Of a DNA stretch of 64,000 bases, positions 28,383-36,890 are shown in pieces. The DNA comes from an uncultured virus (IMG/VR IMGVR_UViG_3300042452_000440) (lineage: Duplodnaviria; Heunggongvirae; Uroviricota; Caudoviricetes): the IMG/VR virus record IMGVR_UViG_3300042452_000440; one strand, given 5' to 3'. The notes beneath the pieces are model-generated. The model worked only from the letters and a program-made list of their open reading frames with translations, was not told the DNA's origin and searched no databases. Within the stretch, counting starts at the first letter, position 1, and each line of letters begins with the position of its first letter. The position numbers and the translations under genes are program-made.

Positions 28383-29399
28383 ATGCCACTCAATGTCGGG
28401 GCTCCAATAGGGAGTGAAGCATATACTACCGCATCCACTCAAAATGCATATGCAAATGCATATGGTTCTGCAAATGTTTCTGCTGGAACTGCGTCTAATA
28501 CTGGACCTTATTCATTCAGATATCCTAAGAAAAGATTAGATAATACTGCTGATTACCTAGAAATTAAAGTATTTGATTATGTTCCTGGTGGATTTGAACT
28601 TGGTCCACCAATACAATCACAAACAGCAAGGCAAAGATTAAAAGCAAAACAAAGTAGTCCAAAAGGTTATATACTTCTACCAATACCACAAAATGTAAGT
28701 GATAATATTTCCATGACTTGGGGTGAAGATAGTATAAATCCAGTTGAAGCCGCACTATTTGCTGCTGGATCTGATGCTATCAACAATCCAAAAAAAGCAT
28801 TTGACGATGCAATTGCTAATGTTAAAAATGCTTATCAATCTGGAATGACTGATTTGCAGAAAAAAGCCTTATCCAATTATATCGCCGCAAGAGCTGTTAA
28901 TACGTTATCTTCAAACGTCACACCAACAGGATATGTTTCAAGAACAACAGGTGCAGTCTTAAACTCCAACTTGGAACTACTTTTTCAAGGTGTAAATTTG
29001 AGAACCTTCCAATTTACCTTTGATATGGCACCAAGATCAAATAATGAAGCAGAAGAGATTAAACAAATTATTAGAACCTTTAAAAGAGAAATGTCTGCTA
29101 GAACCAGTGGTGGTGCAGGATCTGGTTCTAATAGTGATGTTGGATTGTTTATAACTGCACCTAGTCTTTTTCAATTAACTTATAAAAGTGGTCCAAGAAA
29201 ACATCCATTTTTAAATACATTTAAGCCTTGTGCATTGACTGACGTTGCTGTGAATTATACGGCATCTGGAACTTATGCCACATATGAAGATGGATCACCA
29301 GTTCATATTCAAATAGGATTAACATTTAAAGAAATTAATCCAGTCTACTCTGAGGATTATGAAAATGAAGAGGAAGCAAGAACAGGAGTAGGATACTAA
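28383..29399 (+). CDS. gp48: Baseplate tail-tube cap gp48
   Basis: ILLPIP...N.NLELLFQGV.LRTFQFTF...PRS..EA...FKPCALT...VNYT...LTFKE. Confidence 0.82.
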   Translation: MPLNVGAPIGSEAYTTASTQNAYANAYGSANVSAGTASNTGPYSFRYPKKRLDNTADYLEIKVFDYVPGGFELGPPIQSQTARQRLKAKQSSPKGYILLPIPQNVSDNISMTWGEDSINPVEAALFAAGSDAINNPKKAFDDAIANVKNAYQSGMTDLQKKALSNYIAARAVNTLSSNVTPTGYVSRTTGAVLNSNLELLFQGVNLRTFQFTFDMAPRSNNEAEEIKQIIRTFKREMSARTSGGAGSGSNSDVGLFITAPSLFQLTYKSGPRKHPFLNTFKPCALTDVAVNYTASGTYATYEDGSPVHIQIGLTFKEINPVYSEDYENEEEARTGVGY

Positions 29400-29400
29400 A

Positions 29401-30102
29401 ATGAGTTATTTCAGAGAACTACCAGATTTAGATTATCAATCTTCATTACCACACAAAAACTCCTCAAAAGAGTATGTGAGAGTTAAAAATCTCTTCCGTA
29501 GAGTTAAATTACTTGATTGGTTACAAGATAAAGCAACTCTTTTCAATAAGTATCAAATTGAAGAAGGTGAAAGACCAGATCTTGTTGCTCAAAAACTTTA
29601 TGGTAGTGCAGACTATGACTGGGTTGTTTTATTAACTGCTGGTATTATCAACGTAAGAGATCAGTGGCCATTATCCAATCGTGATCTATATGTCTATGCA
29701 GAAAATAAATATACCACTCAAAACTTATCTAATATTCATCACTACGAAACAATTGAGGTAAAAGATTCGAAAGGAAGATTAATTTTACCGAAGGGGCAAA
29801 TTGTAGATTCAAACTTTAAAATTACAGTTTCACCTGGTGCAACATACAAAGGTGTTGGTGCTTATGAAACTACAATATTTGCACCTGACACAACTGGTCA
29901 GATAAATCCAGTCATAGGTGTAACAAACTATGAATATGAATCTAAACTAAATGAAGAAAAAAGACAAATTTATGTATTGAGACAATCTTACTTACAACAA
30001 TTCTTAAATGATATGAGAGTGATTATGCATTATGATAGAAGTTCTCAATACGTTGATAAGAAACTAATTCGTACTGAGAACACTCGTCTCATCGGACCAT
30101 AA
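29401..30102 (+). CDS. gp53: Baseplate wedge subunit gp53
   Basis: MSYFRELP...GERPD.VA.KLYG...DWVVLL...WPL...IHHYET...NYEYE...NEEKR.I. Confidence 0.88.
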   Translation: MSYFRELPDLDYQSSLPHKNSSKEYVRVKNLFRRVKLLDWLQDKATLFNKYQIEEGERPDLVAQKLYGSADYDWVVLLTAGIINVRDQWPLSNRDLYVYAENKYTTQNLSNIHHYETIEVKDSKGRLILPKGQIVDSNFKITVSPGATYKGVGAYETTIFAPDTTGQINPVIGVTNYEYESKLNEEKRQIYVLRQSYLQQFLNDMRVIMHYDRSSQYVDKKLIRTENTRLIGP

Positions 30103-30681
30103 GAGTTTCAGTTTTTTATCAAACATCATCACATATCGGTGCTTTCGGGAGCGGTCTCTCCATTCTCCCGCAGCACCTTTCATTTTACCTCTTGAATGTT
30201 TGGTGCCGTCTGCATAATAGAAATCTTTTTTTGCATCTGTAAGACCACAATACTTAAAGTTACAAGCGCGATAGATTGTGCCAGTATGAAAATCGTTATC
30301 AGCGTAAGAGATGATTGCTTTAACTTCAGTATCCTTTCGTAACTGTTTAATCGCTCTTGAAACGAACCAAGAAGTGATATTATACTCTCCCTGTTGGGTG
30401 TCAGGATGTATGCAAAGTCTTGAAAGTTCAAAGAGTCCTTCTTGTTCATTTCTTGCTAATCCAAATGCTCCTTGTGCTACTTCTGGAACTGGAAGTCCAG
30501 TAAAAATACAAACGCCAACTGGTCCCCCAATATTCAAAGGGGAAAAGTCATTCTTTCGGAACAAACCATAATTATATCCTGATTTGTAACCTTTTGAAAA
30601 ATCTTTGAGATAGTGATAGGTCAGTAGAAGTTCTTCCGCATCTTTCTTAGTGATCCTATCAATGTAAAAGTCCGACTTCAT
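30064..30681 (-). CDS. Mom-like GNAT DNA-modification protein
   Basis: YHY, ELSRLC, ISYAD, HTGTIYRACNF.Y.G, KHRY motifs typical of the Mu Mom family. Confidence 0.72.
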   Translation of the reverse strand: MKSDFYIDRITKKDAEELLLTYHYLKDFSKGYKSGYNYGLFRKNDFSPLNIGGPVGVCIFTGLPVPEVAQGAFGLARNEQEGLFELSRLCIHPDTQQGEYNITSWFVSRAIKQLRKDTEVKAIISYADNDFHTGTIYRACNFKYCGLTDAKKDFYYADGTKHSRGKMKGAAGEWRDRSRKHRYVMMFDKKLKLLWSDETSVLSTN

Positions 30682-30711
30682 AAAAAAAGGGGGAGACCCT
30701 TGACCTCCCCC
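30682..30711 (-). terminator. Intrinsic terminator after gp32, abutting the mom-like start codon
   Basis: Minus strand GGGGGAG...CTCCCCC hairpin followed by CTTTTTT and then ATG. Confidence 0.7.
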
Positions 30712-30713
30712 AC

Positions 30714-30742
30714 ATTATAGCACTTTATCAGTCTTCTGCCAA
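30714..30742 (-). promoter_or_regulatory. Sigma70-type promoter upstream of the mom-like gene
   Basis: TTGGCA-17 nt-TATAAT with extended -10 (TGcTATAAT). Confidence 0.6.
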
Positions 30743-31654
30743 GCGGGCAAAGTAACTGAGTGCATCGTCGTCCTCATCTTCTTCGACAGTAGCAACGGCA
30801 CGACGGGTCGGTTGCAGGTTGTTAAGTTCAGAACGAAGATCATCATCCAGTTCCTTCACAGGACCACGAGAATAGGTCTCTTCTTCTTCAACTTCTTCAT
30901 CAACACGACGAGAACCTTTGGAACCCAACACATATTCAAGACGCTTTTTCAGTTCATCATAAGTCTTGAACTGATCGGCAGCAACGAGTTCGGCAAGAGA
31001 ATATTGCTTCTTCCAGATCGCTTCCATTGCATCGTCATCGTCCAGCAGAGGAGCAGCAGCGGCAAACTCACTAGAATCATAGTTACGATAACCAGCAACG
31101 TTCTTTGCTTTCAGTTTGAAATTGGCACCTTGCCAGAAGTCAAACGGATCAATTGCTTCCTCATCTTCAAACTCAGGTTGCATCGCAGCAGTCAGTTTGT
31201 CAAAGATCTTCTTGCCAAACTTATACAGGAAAACTTTGCCTTCGTTAGAGGGATTAGCAGGATCCTTCACCACATAGATGTTGGAAATGTAAGTCAGTTT
31301 ACGCTTTTGCTTACGTGCCAGTTCCTTACCAGCATCAGTGCCGTTGTTCCACAGTTCGGAGTTCAGTTCCGACACAGGATCCTTCTGACCCAGAGTAGTC
31401 AGGGAATTCTCAATATACCAACCACCAGAACCTTGAAATGCGTGACTGTAGAGTTTCACGAACGGAAGGTCCTCACCGTTCGGAGCAGGAAGGAAACGGA
31501 TCACGGCATAACCATTGCCGCTCTTATCTACATCCAGTTTCCACAGACGGTCATCAGAAGAACCGCTGTTCGTATTCATTTTTTCAACTTCTTTAACCAG
31601 TTTGGCAGTAAGATTGCCAAGTTTAGATTGCTTCTTAAGATCTGCAAAGCTCAT
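30728..31654 (-). CDS. gp32: Single-stranded DNA-binding protein gp32
   Basis: DDRLWK...GNGYAVIRFLPAP...WYIENSLTT...GKVFLYKFGKKIFDK...YRNYD.S; acidic tail. Confidence 0.97.
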   Translation of the reverse strand: MSFADLKKQSKLGNLTAKLVKEVEKMNTNSGSSDDRLWKLDVDKSGNGYAVIRFLPAPNGEDLPFVKLYSHAFQGSGGWYIENSLTTLGQKDPVSELNSELWNNGTDAGKELARKQKRKLTYISNIYVVKDPANPSNEGKVFLYKFGKKIFDKLTAAMQPEFEDEEAIDPFDFWQGANFKLKAKNVAGYRNYDSSEFAAAAPLLDDDDAMEAIWKKQYSLAELVAADQFKTYDELKKRLEYVLGSKGSRRVDEEVEEEETYSRGPVKELDDDLRSELNNLQPTRRAVATVEEDEDDDALSYFARLAED

Positions 31655-31706
31655 TTTAGATTCGGGGGATTAATTGGATTTGTCGGATTTGATTTTCGAC
31701 ATCTTT

Positions 31707-31735
31707 ATTATAGAAGACCTATAAAGGGAAGTCAA
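31707..31735 (-). promoter_or_regulatory. Sigma70-type promoter for gp32
   Basis: TTGACT-17 nt-TATAAT. Confidence 0.8.
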
Positions 31736-32232
31736 GCCCTTGTCCATTTTTTATGTTGTGTTCTTCCTTGTTCTTCTTTAAGGACTCTTCTCATAGCTCC
31801 TGGATCTAATTTATTAAGAACACAAAATTCTTTAAGATTTTGAGTGACGTGAATGTTTCCAAGAGGATCTTTTAATTTCCAAGTAATTGGATCTTTAATA
31901 TATTGATTTTTTCTTGATGCTCTATTATGTAAAGAGCATAAAGAAATATTTTCCGATTGAGTTCCCCATTTCAAATTATCAACATTATTATTTTTTGGAT
32001 TATCATCTAGATGAAGAACATTTGGATAATTATTTGGATTTTCTAAAAAAGATTTTGCTACCAAACGGTGAACATATTCTGAAATCCATTTACCTTCATC
32101 ATTTTTTATGGATACAAATTTATATCCACAATTATTTTCATAAGAATTTACATAATCTCTTTTGGAAAGAGAAAATACTTTTCCATTATCTTCAATAAGA
32201 TAATTAGAAAGTCCGTAAAGTTTATTAAACAT
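31732..32232 (-). CDS. HNH homing endonuclease (NUMOD4/HNH_3 type)
   Basis: YLIEDNGKVFS...GY..V...VHRLVA..F..NP...V.H.D.N..NN.V.NL.W.T..EN; AT-rich relative to flanks. Confidence 0.88.
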   Translation of the reverse strand: MFNKLYGLSNYLIEDNGKVFSLSKRDYVNSYENNCGYKFVSIKNDEGKWISEYVHRLVAKSFLENPNNYPNVLHLDDNPKNNNVDNLKWGTQSENISLCSLHNRASRKNQYIKDPITWKLKDPLGNIHVTQNLKEFCVLNKLDPGAMRRVLKEEQGRTQHKKWTRA

Positions 32233-32237
32233 ATTAG

Positions 32238-32269
32238 TGTCTTTTACTATATTTATTTAGCAAAAGACA
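32238..32269 (-). promoter_or_regulatory. Hairpin with late promoter in its loop, upstream of HNH
   Basis: Minus strand TGTCTTTTGCTA-AATAAATA-TAGTAAAAGACA: 12-bp stem ending 5 nt before ATG. Confidence 0.72.
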
Positions 32270-32270
32270 T

Positions 32271-32299
32271 AGTATAACAGAGATGCTCTCAACGGTCAA
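32271..32299 (-). promoter_or_regulatory. Sigma70-type promoter
   Basis: TTGACC-17 nt-TATACT. Confidence 0.7.
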
Positions 32300-32621
32300 C
32301 GTATTTCTTGAGAGATTCGATTGTCTTGTCCATACTGCTAAACAAAATACCCATATCAGTCTCTGGTGGGAATCCCATCAGGGCGACTGACTTACGAAGA
32401 TTCTCTTTCATTTCAACCGCTTCTGGGTCATCTGAAAGAGACAATCGTGTATACATTACACGTTGTTTTTCAAGGAGAACTTGTAGTTTTTCAATGTGTT
32501 CCAGTTTGGTTTCACGGTCCATCATACCAAAAGTGAGAATACTTCCGTATATCTCCTCTTGTAACTTATTGATTTCTTTCAGTTCGTCTTGAATAATATC
32601 GGAGTCAAAAAAGTTACTCAT
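32289..32621 (-). CDS. Conserved cyanobacterial/cyanophage protein (DUF1825-like)
   Basis: FFDSDIIQ.E...LLEKQRVMYTRLSLSDDP.A..M. Confidence 0.75.
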   Translation of the reverse strand: MSNFFDSDIIQDELKEINKLQEEIYGSILTFGMMDRETKLEHIEKLQVLLEKQRVMYTRLSLSDDPEAVEMKENLRKSVALMGFPPETDMGILFSSMDKTIESLKKYVDR

Positions 32622-33204
32622 CTATGATTGTCCTTAAAATCTTCTTGTACTGGAATACATCAATATTTAGAAATGGATTGTACTTTTTGATTTTCAAACT
32701 GACGGTTTCCCACACTGGATCAAGAAGTTTCTTATCAAAATCCTTTACGATTGAAAATATTTTGTCGTAGATTACGAATGTTTCTGGTGATAATTTCCCG
32801 CTTAGAAATCTTTTGAGAACTATCGGATGACCTTTGGAACAGTTGAACACAGTTTCTAATTCGTTCTCTGAGAACAATTCCGTTGATTGTTCTTTGAACA
32901 AGTAAGTCAAACTCTGTTGTCTCCGCATCCAATCTGCGTAAGTTCTTTCTCCAGAATTGATAATTTCTCCAATCCATAAGTTTTGTGGGTTGTCTGTGGA
33001 TACAAAGTTTGCTAGTAAAAAATCTACTATTTCTTTATCTGAATATTTACGACTAGATTTCTCAAACCAGTATTTGTCCTTGCGTTTATTAAATGAAGTG
33101 ACCGTTGCTCTGGATTTACCTCCATACTTAAAAAAGTCATATTTACTGTTAGTAAAATGACTTTTCATCGAAAGATAAGTTTGATATGTCTCAAAAGGAC
33201 TCAT
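32614..33204 (-). CDS. gp59: Helicase loader gp59
   Basis: Y..YL..K.HF....YDFFKY.G......F.KRKDKYWF; T4-like synteny gp33-gp59-gp32. Confidence 0.85.
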   Translation of the reverse strand: MSPFETYQTYLSMKSHFTNSKYDFFKYGGKSRATVTSFNKRKDKYWFEKSSRKYSDKEIVDFLLANFVSTDNPQNLWIGEIINSGERTYADWMRRQQSLTYLFKEQSTELFSENELETVFNCSKGHPIVLKRFLSGKLSPETFVIYDKIFSIVKDFDKKLLDPVWETVSLKIKKYNPFLNIDVFQYKKILRTIIDE

Positions 33205-33461
33205 AACGGAAGTTTTGCTCTCGAAGTTCGTTTCATAAAGTTAAGACGAGTTGCGTCCCACTTTAATTTTTCCTTTAAAGGTTTTGAAATGAGTTTCGTA
33301 ACTGATTCTACCTCAAGACAATTGATTTCGCAATAGTGACAAATTGCATCAATATAATTAAAGTTTTCTTCTGCTACGATTTTTTCAATCTCAAGAGCAA
33401 ACTTGGAAGGCGTTAAAAACTTATTCTCGATGGCTTGTTCTAATTCTTTATTTGGTTCCAT
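33201..33461 (-). CDS. gp33: Late transcription coactivator gp33
   Basis: Start at MEPNKE; FALEIEKIV...YIDAI.HYCE...SVTKLISKPLKEKL...A.RLNF. Confidence 0.88.
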   Translation of the reverse strand: MEPNKELEQAIENKFLTPSKFALEIEKIVAEENFNYIDAICHYCEINCLEVESVTKLISKPLKEKLKWDATRLNFMKRTSRAKLPL

Positions 33462-34128
33462 AGAGTTCCAGTTTATCTCTAACAAACTTTCTAATGTATT
33501 CTGTGAGAAGTTTGATGTATTTTGCTTTGTCTCTTTCTTCATAAACGACGCATTCTCCATTTTCACATGCCATGATGATTACAAGTTTTTTGACTGAAAT
33601 ACCAGTCAGTTCGTATAGCATACAACCATATGCCATACATTGAACAAAATAATGCTCAATCCACTCTCGTGGTTTTGGTTTTTTAGAAGTTTTAAAGTCG
33701 ATTATCGCTAACTCGCCGTCGTATTCGGCAATACAATCAACTGTCCCAGCAATGCCTAGTTGCTTACTATATAGGGACCCTTCAAGGGCGTAAATATTAT
33801 TTATACGATTTAAGTCTGATTTTGCAATCTTAAAAAGAAAATCAGAGATTGGTTGTACTTCTGGAAGTTCTTGATTTTTAAGATGATGTTCAGTCAAAGT
33901 ATGCATATCAGTGCCACGACTTGTTGCCGCTTTTGTGATGCGATCTGCTTCTACATCTCCGACTTTTTTACGCCATTTAACAAAGATTTCTTTATTAAAA
34001 TGACTGGTCACCGAAGTGATGGAGACCAGTCGGATAAGTTCTTCTTCATCAGGAACTTTATAGTACCTTACACCATCAATGGTTTCACGCTCCAACTGAG
34101 GGAGATCAAGATCAATATGATTAAACAT
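33448..34128 (-). CDS. PD-(D/E)XK exonuclease
   Basis: SITSV, RGTDMH, LEGSLYS, AGTVDCIA, IIDFKTS, QCMAY. Confidence 0.88.
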   Translation of the reverse strand: MFNHIDLDLPQLERETIDGVRYYKVPDEEELIRLVSITSVTSHFNKEIFVKWRKKVGDVEADRITKAATSRGTDMHTLTEHHLKNQELPEVQPISDFLFKIAKSDLNRINNIYALEGSLYSKQLGIAGTVDCIAEYDGELAIIDFKTSKKPKPREWIEHYFVQCMAYGCMLYELTGISVKKLVIIMACENGECVVYEERDKAKYIKLLTEYIRKFVRDKLELYGTK

Positions 34129-34886
34129 TAAAAACCAGCATCCATTTTAGCAATAATGTATTCCTTAACAAGTCCAGAACGAACAATATCTTCTACACCA
34201 AACTCAATTATATCAAAAGAATTCATTTTACGCAAGACTGTCATAAAATCTACAATACCATTACGCTCATTTGTTTTCTGCAAGTCTGACTGAGAAGCAT
34301 CACCACAGAAACAAATTTTGGTATTTTCACCAACACGAGTAATGATTGAATCAAGTTCGTGGAAGTTTAGATTCTGAAACTCGTCTACAATAATGATTGC
34401 ATTATCAAGAGTAGTTCCACGTAAGAATGAAGTTGACCAGAACTTAATGGTTTCTTGCGACTTTAAGTTGCCATAGAGCATCTCAAACTCAGAATCACTA
34501 GGCATCTGGAACATATACTTCACCATATTCTTATAAGGAATCTGGTAAATATCTGCCTTGTCTTCGTGAGATCCAGGAAGGAAACCAATCTCACGAGTTG
34601 CTACAAGAGAGCGAACCAAATAGATTCTTTCATAAGGAGATTGTTCATCCAGAACATCTTGAAGAGCATTATAAAGTGTAATGAAAGTCTTACCAGTTCC
34701 AGCACAACCATAAGCAACAATATGCTTACCATCGGCATAAGAATCAAAGAGTTTTCTTTGATTATCTGTAAGAGGATCAATGTCAATCAAATATTCAGAA
34801 CTTAGAGGTTTTCTCCTCTTCATCTGTTTTGCGGTCAAACCAACTCCGATTGGTTGGTCATTGTTGCCTCTTTTTCTTCTTGCCAT
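34128..34886 (-). CDS. phoH: PhoH-like protein
   Basis: GCAGTGKT, IGFLPG, FLRGTT, IIVDEFQN, CGD..QSDL, DIVRSGLV. Confidence 0.95.
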   Translation of the reverse strand: MARRKRGNNDQPIGVGLTAKQMKRRKPLSSEYLIDIDPLTDNQRKLFDSYADGKHIVAYGCAGTGKTFITLYNALQDVLDEQSPYERIYLVRSLVATREIGFLPGSHEDKADIYQIPYKNMVKYMFQMPSDSEFEMLYGNLKSQETIKFWSTSFLRGTTLDNAIIIVDEFQNLNFHELDSIITRVGENTKICFCGDASQSDLQKTNERNGIVDFMTVLRKMNSFDIIEFGVEDIVRSGLVKEYIIAKMDAGF

Positions 34887-34887
34887 A

Positions 34888-35136
34888 CTAGATTTTCTTT
34901 ACACGTGAACCAGGTGCTTTTGATGCTTTATGTAAAATGTCATTCCATCCAGGATTTCTTGCGACAAGTTTATCCTTCCACTCACCCACCTCACCAGGAG
35001 AAGGGCAAGTAGATGGATCGGACCAATCACGAATCCATTCAGGATTGTCTTTTTTCCACTGATCCCAGACGTGGACACTCATTTCCACTTGTTTCTGTTC
35101 ACCAGTTTGTGTATTCACTACGGGGTATGTTGCCAT
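34888..35136 (-). CDS. Conserved hypothetical phage protein
   Basis: 82-aa ORF MATYPVVN..TGE...; late promoter upstream. Confidence 0.75.
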   Translation of the reverse strand: MATYPVVNTQTGEQKQVEMSVHVWDQWKKDNPEWIRDWSDPSTCPSPGEVGEWKDKLVARNPGWNDILHKASKAPGSRVKKI

Positions 35137-35170
35137 AAGTTATAATTTCAAGATAATTTATTTAGATTGC

Positions 35171-35869
35171 TTAATCGATTCTAATTGATGGTTGAAGTGC
35201 TTGAATCTCTTCACATTTGCAATCACCAGTAGGACATTTCCATTCAAGTGCTTCTGCAACAGTCGGAAATGCACAGATAAAAACTCTCTTACAAGCATTT
35301 GCAATGTCCATATGTTCTTTCTGAGTTCCGTTTGCCGAACGGAGATTGATATAATGTATCCATGACCTGCAAGAACCGGTCATATAGATGCGTGTGGGCG
35401 TCGCTAAGGGCAATACAAACCTTGCACATTCCTTTGCCACGCCTGCCTCTAACATGCGCTTGTAGAGGTTATTAGAGTGCGCAAATAGATCAGCAATTTC
35501 AGATTGAAACTTTAACTTTACATAGTCACCAAGATCATCCGTAGAGTTCTGACGGTTCTTTGTATCTTGCTTACGAAGTTCTGGAATAGGAATATTCTCA
35601 GTAATCAGATTTGTATCAGCATAACGTTGTGAAAACTCCTGGAATGTAAAGGACCTATGGCGAAGCACTTGAGCCGCAATACCACGATTGGTCTCAATCT
35701 CCAATGTCATAGAAGACTGCTCAAACACAGACCAATGATTATGCTTAATACAATAAGCAAGCAACTTGGCATAGTTTTCGTTGTCCTGATTCGCAGGATT
35801 AGAAACTCGCGCAATATACGCCATTGTTTTTTCTGCATCGGGAGTTACCGAAATAAGTTTAACTGTCAT
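35171..35869 (-). CDS. thyX: FAD-dependent thymidylate synthase ThyX
   Basis: HWSVFEQ, LRHRSFTFQEFSQRY ThyX motif, ARFVLP, RSWIHY..LR. Confidence 0.96.
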   Translation of the reverse strand: MTVKLISVTPDAEKTMAYIARVSNPANQDNENYAKLLAYCIKHNHWSVFEQSSMTLEIETNRGIAAQVLRHRSFTFQEFSQRYADTNLITENIPIPELRKQDTKNRQNSTDDLGDYVKLKFQSEIADLFAHSNNLYKRMLEAGVAKECARFVLPLATPTRIYMTGSCRSWIHYINLRSANGTQKEHMDIANACKRVFICAFPTVAEALEWKCPTGDCKCEEIQALQPSIRID

Positions 35870-36042
35870 TTCTTTCCAAATCCTTTTGAGGTTTTTGCTT
35901 CAAGGTCTGCGATTTCTTGTTTAACAACTCGCAGTTGTGCTTTCATTTCAATAATTTTTTCTGCTGTATAGAGATGCTCTTGTTTTGTAAGTCTTTCAAG
36001 TAACTTAACAAGTTGTTTTGCTCTACTAATCCGCGTATCCAT
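35866..36042 (-). CDS. Small coiled-coil hypothetical protein
   Basis: MDTRISRAKQLVKLLERL...KGFGKK; exact start uncertain. Confidence 0.65.
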   Translation of the reverse strand: MDTRISRAKQLVKLLERLTKQEHLYTAEKIIEMKAQLRVVKQEIADLEAKTSKGFGKK

Positions 36043-36199
36043 CATCATCTTCAAAGATTTCGTCATAGTCGTGGTGTAATCCTTTCTTTATTTCATCATA
36101 GTTAAGATAACTCTGTGTATCAGAATACACTTCTGCTTTCAGAGAATCGACCAAGAGTTCAAGATTACGGACAATGAGTTTTAGTTTGTCTTTATCCAT
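36026..36199 (-). CDS. Small acidic hypothetical protein (57 aa, not in ORF track)
   Basis: Manual translation MDKDKLKLIVRNLELLVDSLKAEVYSD...EIFEDDDGYAD*. Confidence 0.7.
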   Translation of the reverse strand: MDKDKLKLIVRNLELLVDSLKAEVYSDTQSYLNYDEIKKGLHHDYDEIFEDDDGYAD

Positions 36200-36230
36200 A
36201 GGGCATTATTCTCTCTGAGCATTTTAGCAT

Positions 36231-36258
36231 AAAAAAAGGAGGGGATCAACCCTCCTTT
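36231..36258 (-). terminator. Intrinsic terminator
   Basis: Minus strand AAAGGAGGG-TTGATC-CCCTCCTTTTTTT. Confidence 0.8.
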
Positions 36259-36261
36259 ACT

Positions 36262-36363
36262 TCAAGCAACTTGTGGTTGCTTCGCCATATTCAGTTGTGC
36301 GGCTTTAAGAAGTTGTTCTCTCTTTGCCTTCTTTTTGAGATATCGAACGAAGTAAATATTCAT
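36262..36363 (-). CDS. 33-aa basic peptide (not in ORF track)
   Basis: MNIYFVRYLKKKAKREQLLKAAQLNMAKQPQVA*; ATGA overlap with the upstream gene; ends just before the terminator. Confidence 0.6.
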   Translation of the reverse strand: MNIYFVRYLKKKAKREQLLKAAQLNMAKQPQVA

Positions 36364-36521
36364 TTCTGCCCTCTGGTTCTTTCCATAGAGAGCTTGTTTC
36401 CTCTTTCATCAACGTAAAACATAGTTCCACGATAGATTTCTACGTGGGGTTCAATCTTAAAAGTTTGATTTGGACGTTCTGCGGTGTCGTATTCAACACC
36501 ACGATACACGACTTTTGACAT
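36360..36521 (-). CDS. DUF4278-like small protein (53 aa, not in ORF track)
   Basis: MSKVVYRGVEYDT...IYRG...; two YRG motifs; AAGGAG RBS; downstream of glutamine-riboswitch-like aptamers. Confidence 0.75.
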   Translation of the reverse strand: MSKVVYRGVEYDTAERPNQTFKIEPHVEIYRGTMFYVDERGNKLSMERTRGQK

Positions 36522-36552
36522 TAGGTTTCTCCTTAATGGTTTAGGTTAAAGA

Positions 36553-36724
36553 GCGTTCCTTCAGTCGGCTTTTGCGTCTATTTTACACTCCTTTGGAGAG
36601 ATCTGTTTGATCTCCCAAATTAAATCATTCTTTGCCTGTTTGGGAATGTTCTGTTGATGAACTCTCCCAGCAATCAGTTGTGCTTGTAAGCAAGTTAGAA
36701 TGAGTGCTTCCATAGATGAACGAA
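36553..36724 (-). ncRNA. Second glutamine-riboswitch-like aptamer with an ORF inserted in P2
   Basis: 5' part TCGTTCATCTA; 3' part TAGACGCAAAAGCCGACTGAAGGAACGC; about 130 nt of coding sequence between them. Confidence 0.6.
36561..36713 (-). CDS. 50-aa protein nested in the riboswitch-like aptamer
   Basis: MEALILTCLQAQLIAGRVHQQNIPKQAKNDLIWEIKQISPKECKIDAKAD*. Confidence 0.6.
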   Translation of the reverse strand: MEALILTCLQAQLIAGRVHQQNIPKQAKNDLIWEIKQISPKECKIDAKAD

Positions 36725-36726
36725 AT

Positions 36727-36770
36727 CCGTTCCGAGTCGGCTTACTTCCGTCTGTTTCCAGATGAACGAT
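36727..36770 (-). ncRNA. Glutamine riboswitch (glnA-type) aptamer
   Basis: ATCGTTCA-TCTG-GAAA-CAGA-CGGAAGTAAG-CCGACTCGGAACG matches the glnA-motif pattern (P1 CGTTC/GAACG, GNRA-capped P2, CGGAAGTA). Confidence 0.75.
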
Positions 36771-36890
36771 AGGAGTATTATACTCCCTTTCGCGGATATT
36801 TATCAATTATTATTTGTATAATGTGATACAGTCTTATGAAATCTTAATAGGTAAAAAAATTGCCGGGATTTTTTCTCAGCATTTTTGAAA

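Noticed and set aside
30812..31843. 343-aa plus-strand ORF
   Set aside because: Antisense to gp32; no motifs or expression signals
33462..33566. N-terminal extension of gp33 in the ORF track
   Set aside because: Overlaps the exonuclease gene; recognisable gp33 sequence begins at MEPNKE
33448..34128. Cas4-like nuclease as part of a CRISPR system
   Set aside because: Lacks the Fe-S cysteine pattern and sits in core phage synteny between phoH and gp33
36714..36806. Upstream extension of the 81-aa ORF
   Set aside because: Runs through the first aptamer and the late promoter; ATG at 36713 is more plausible
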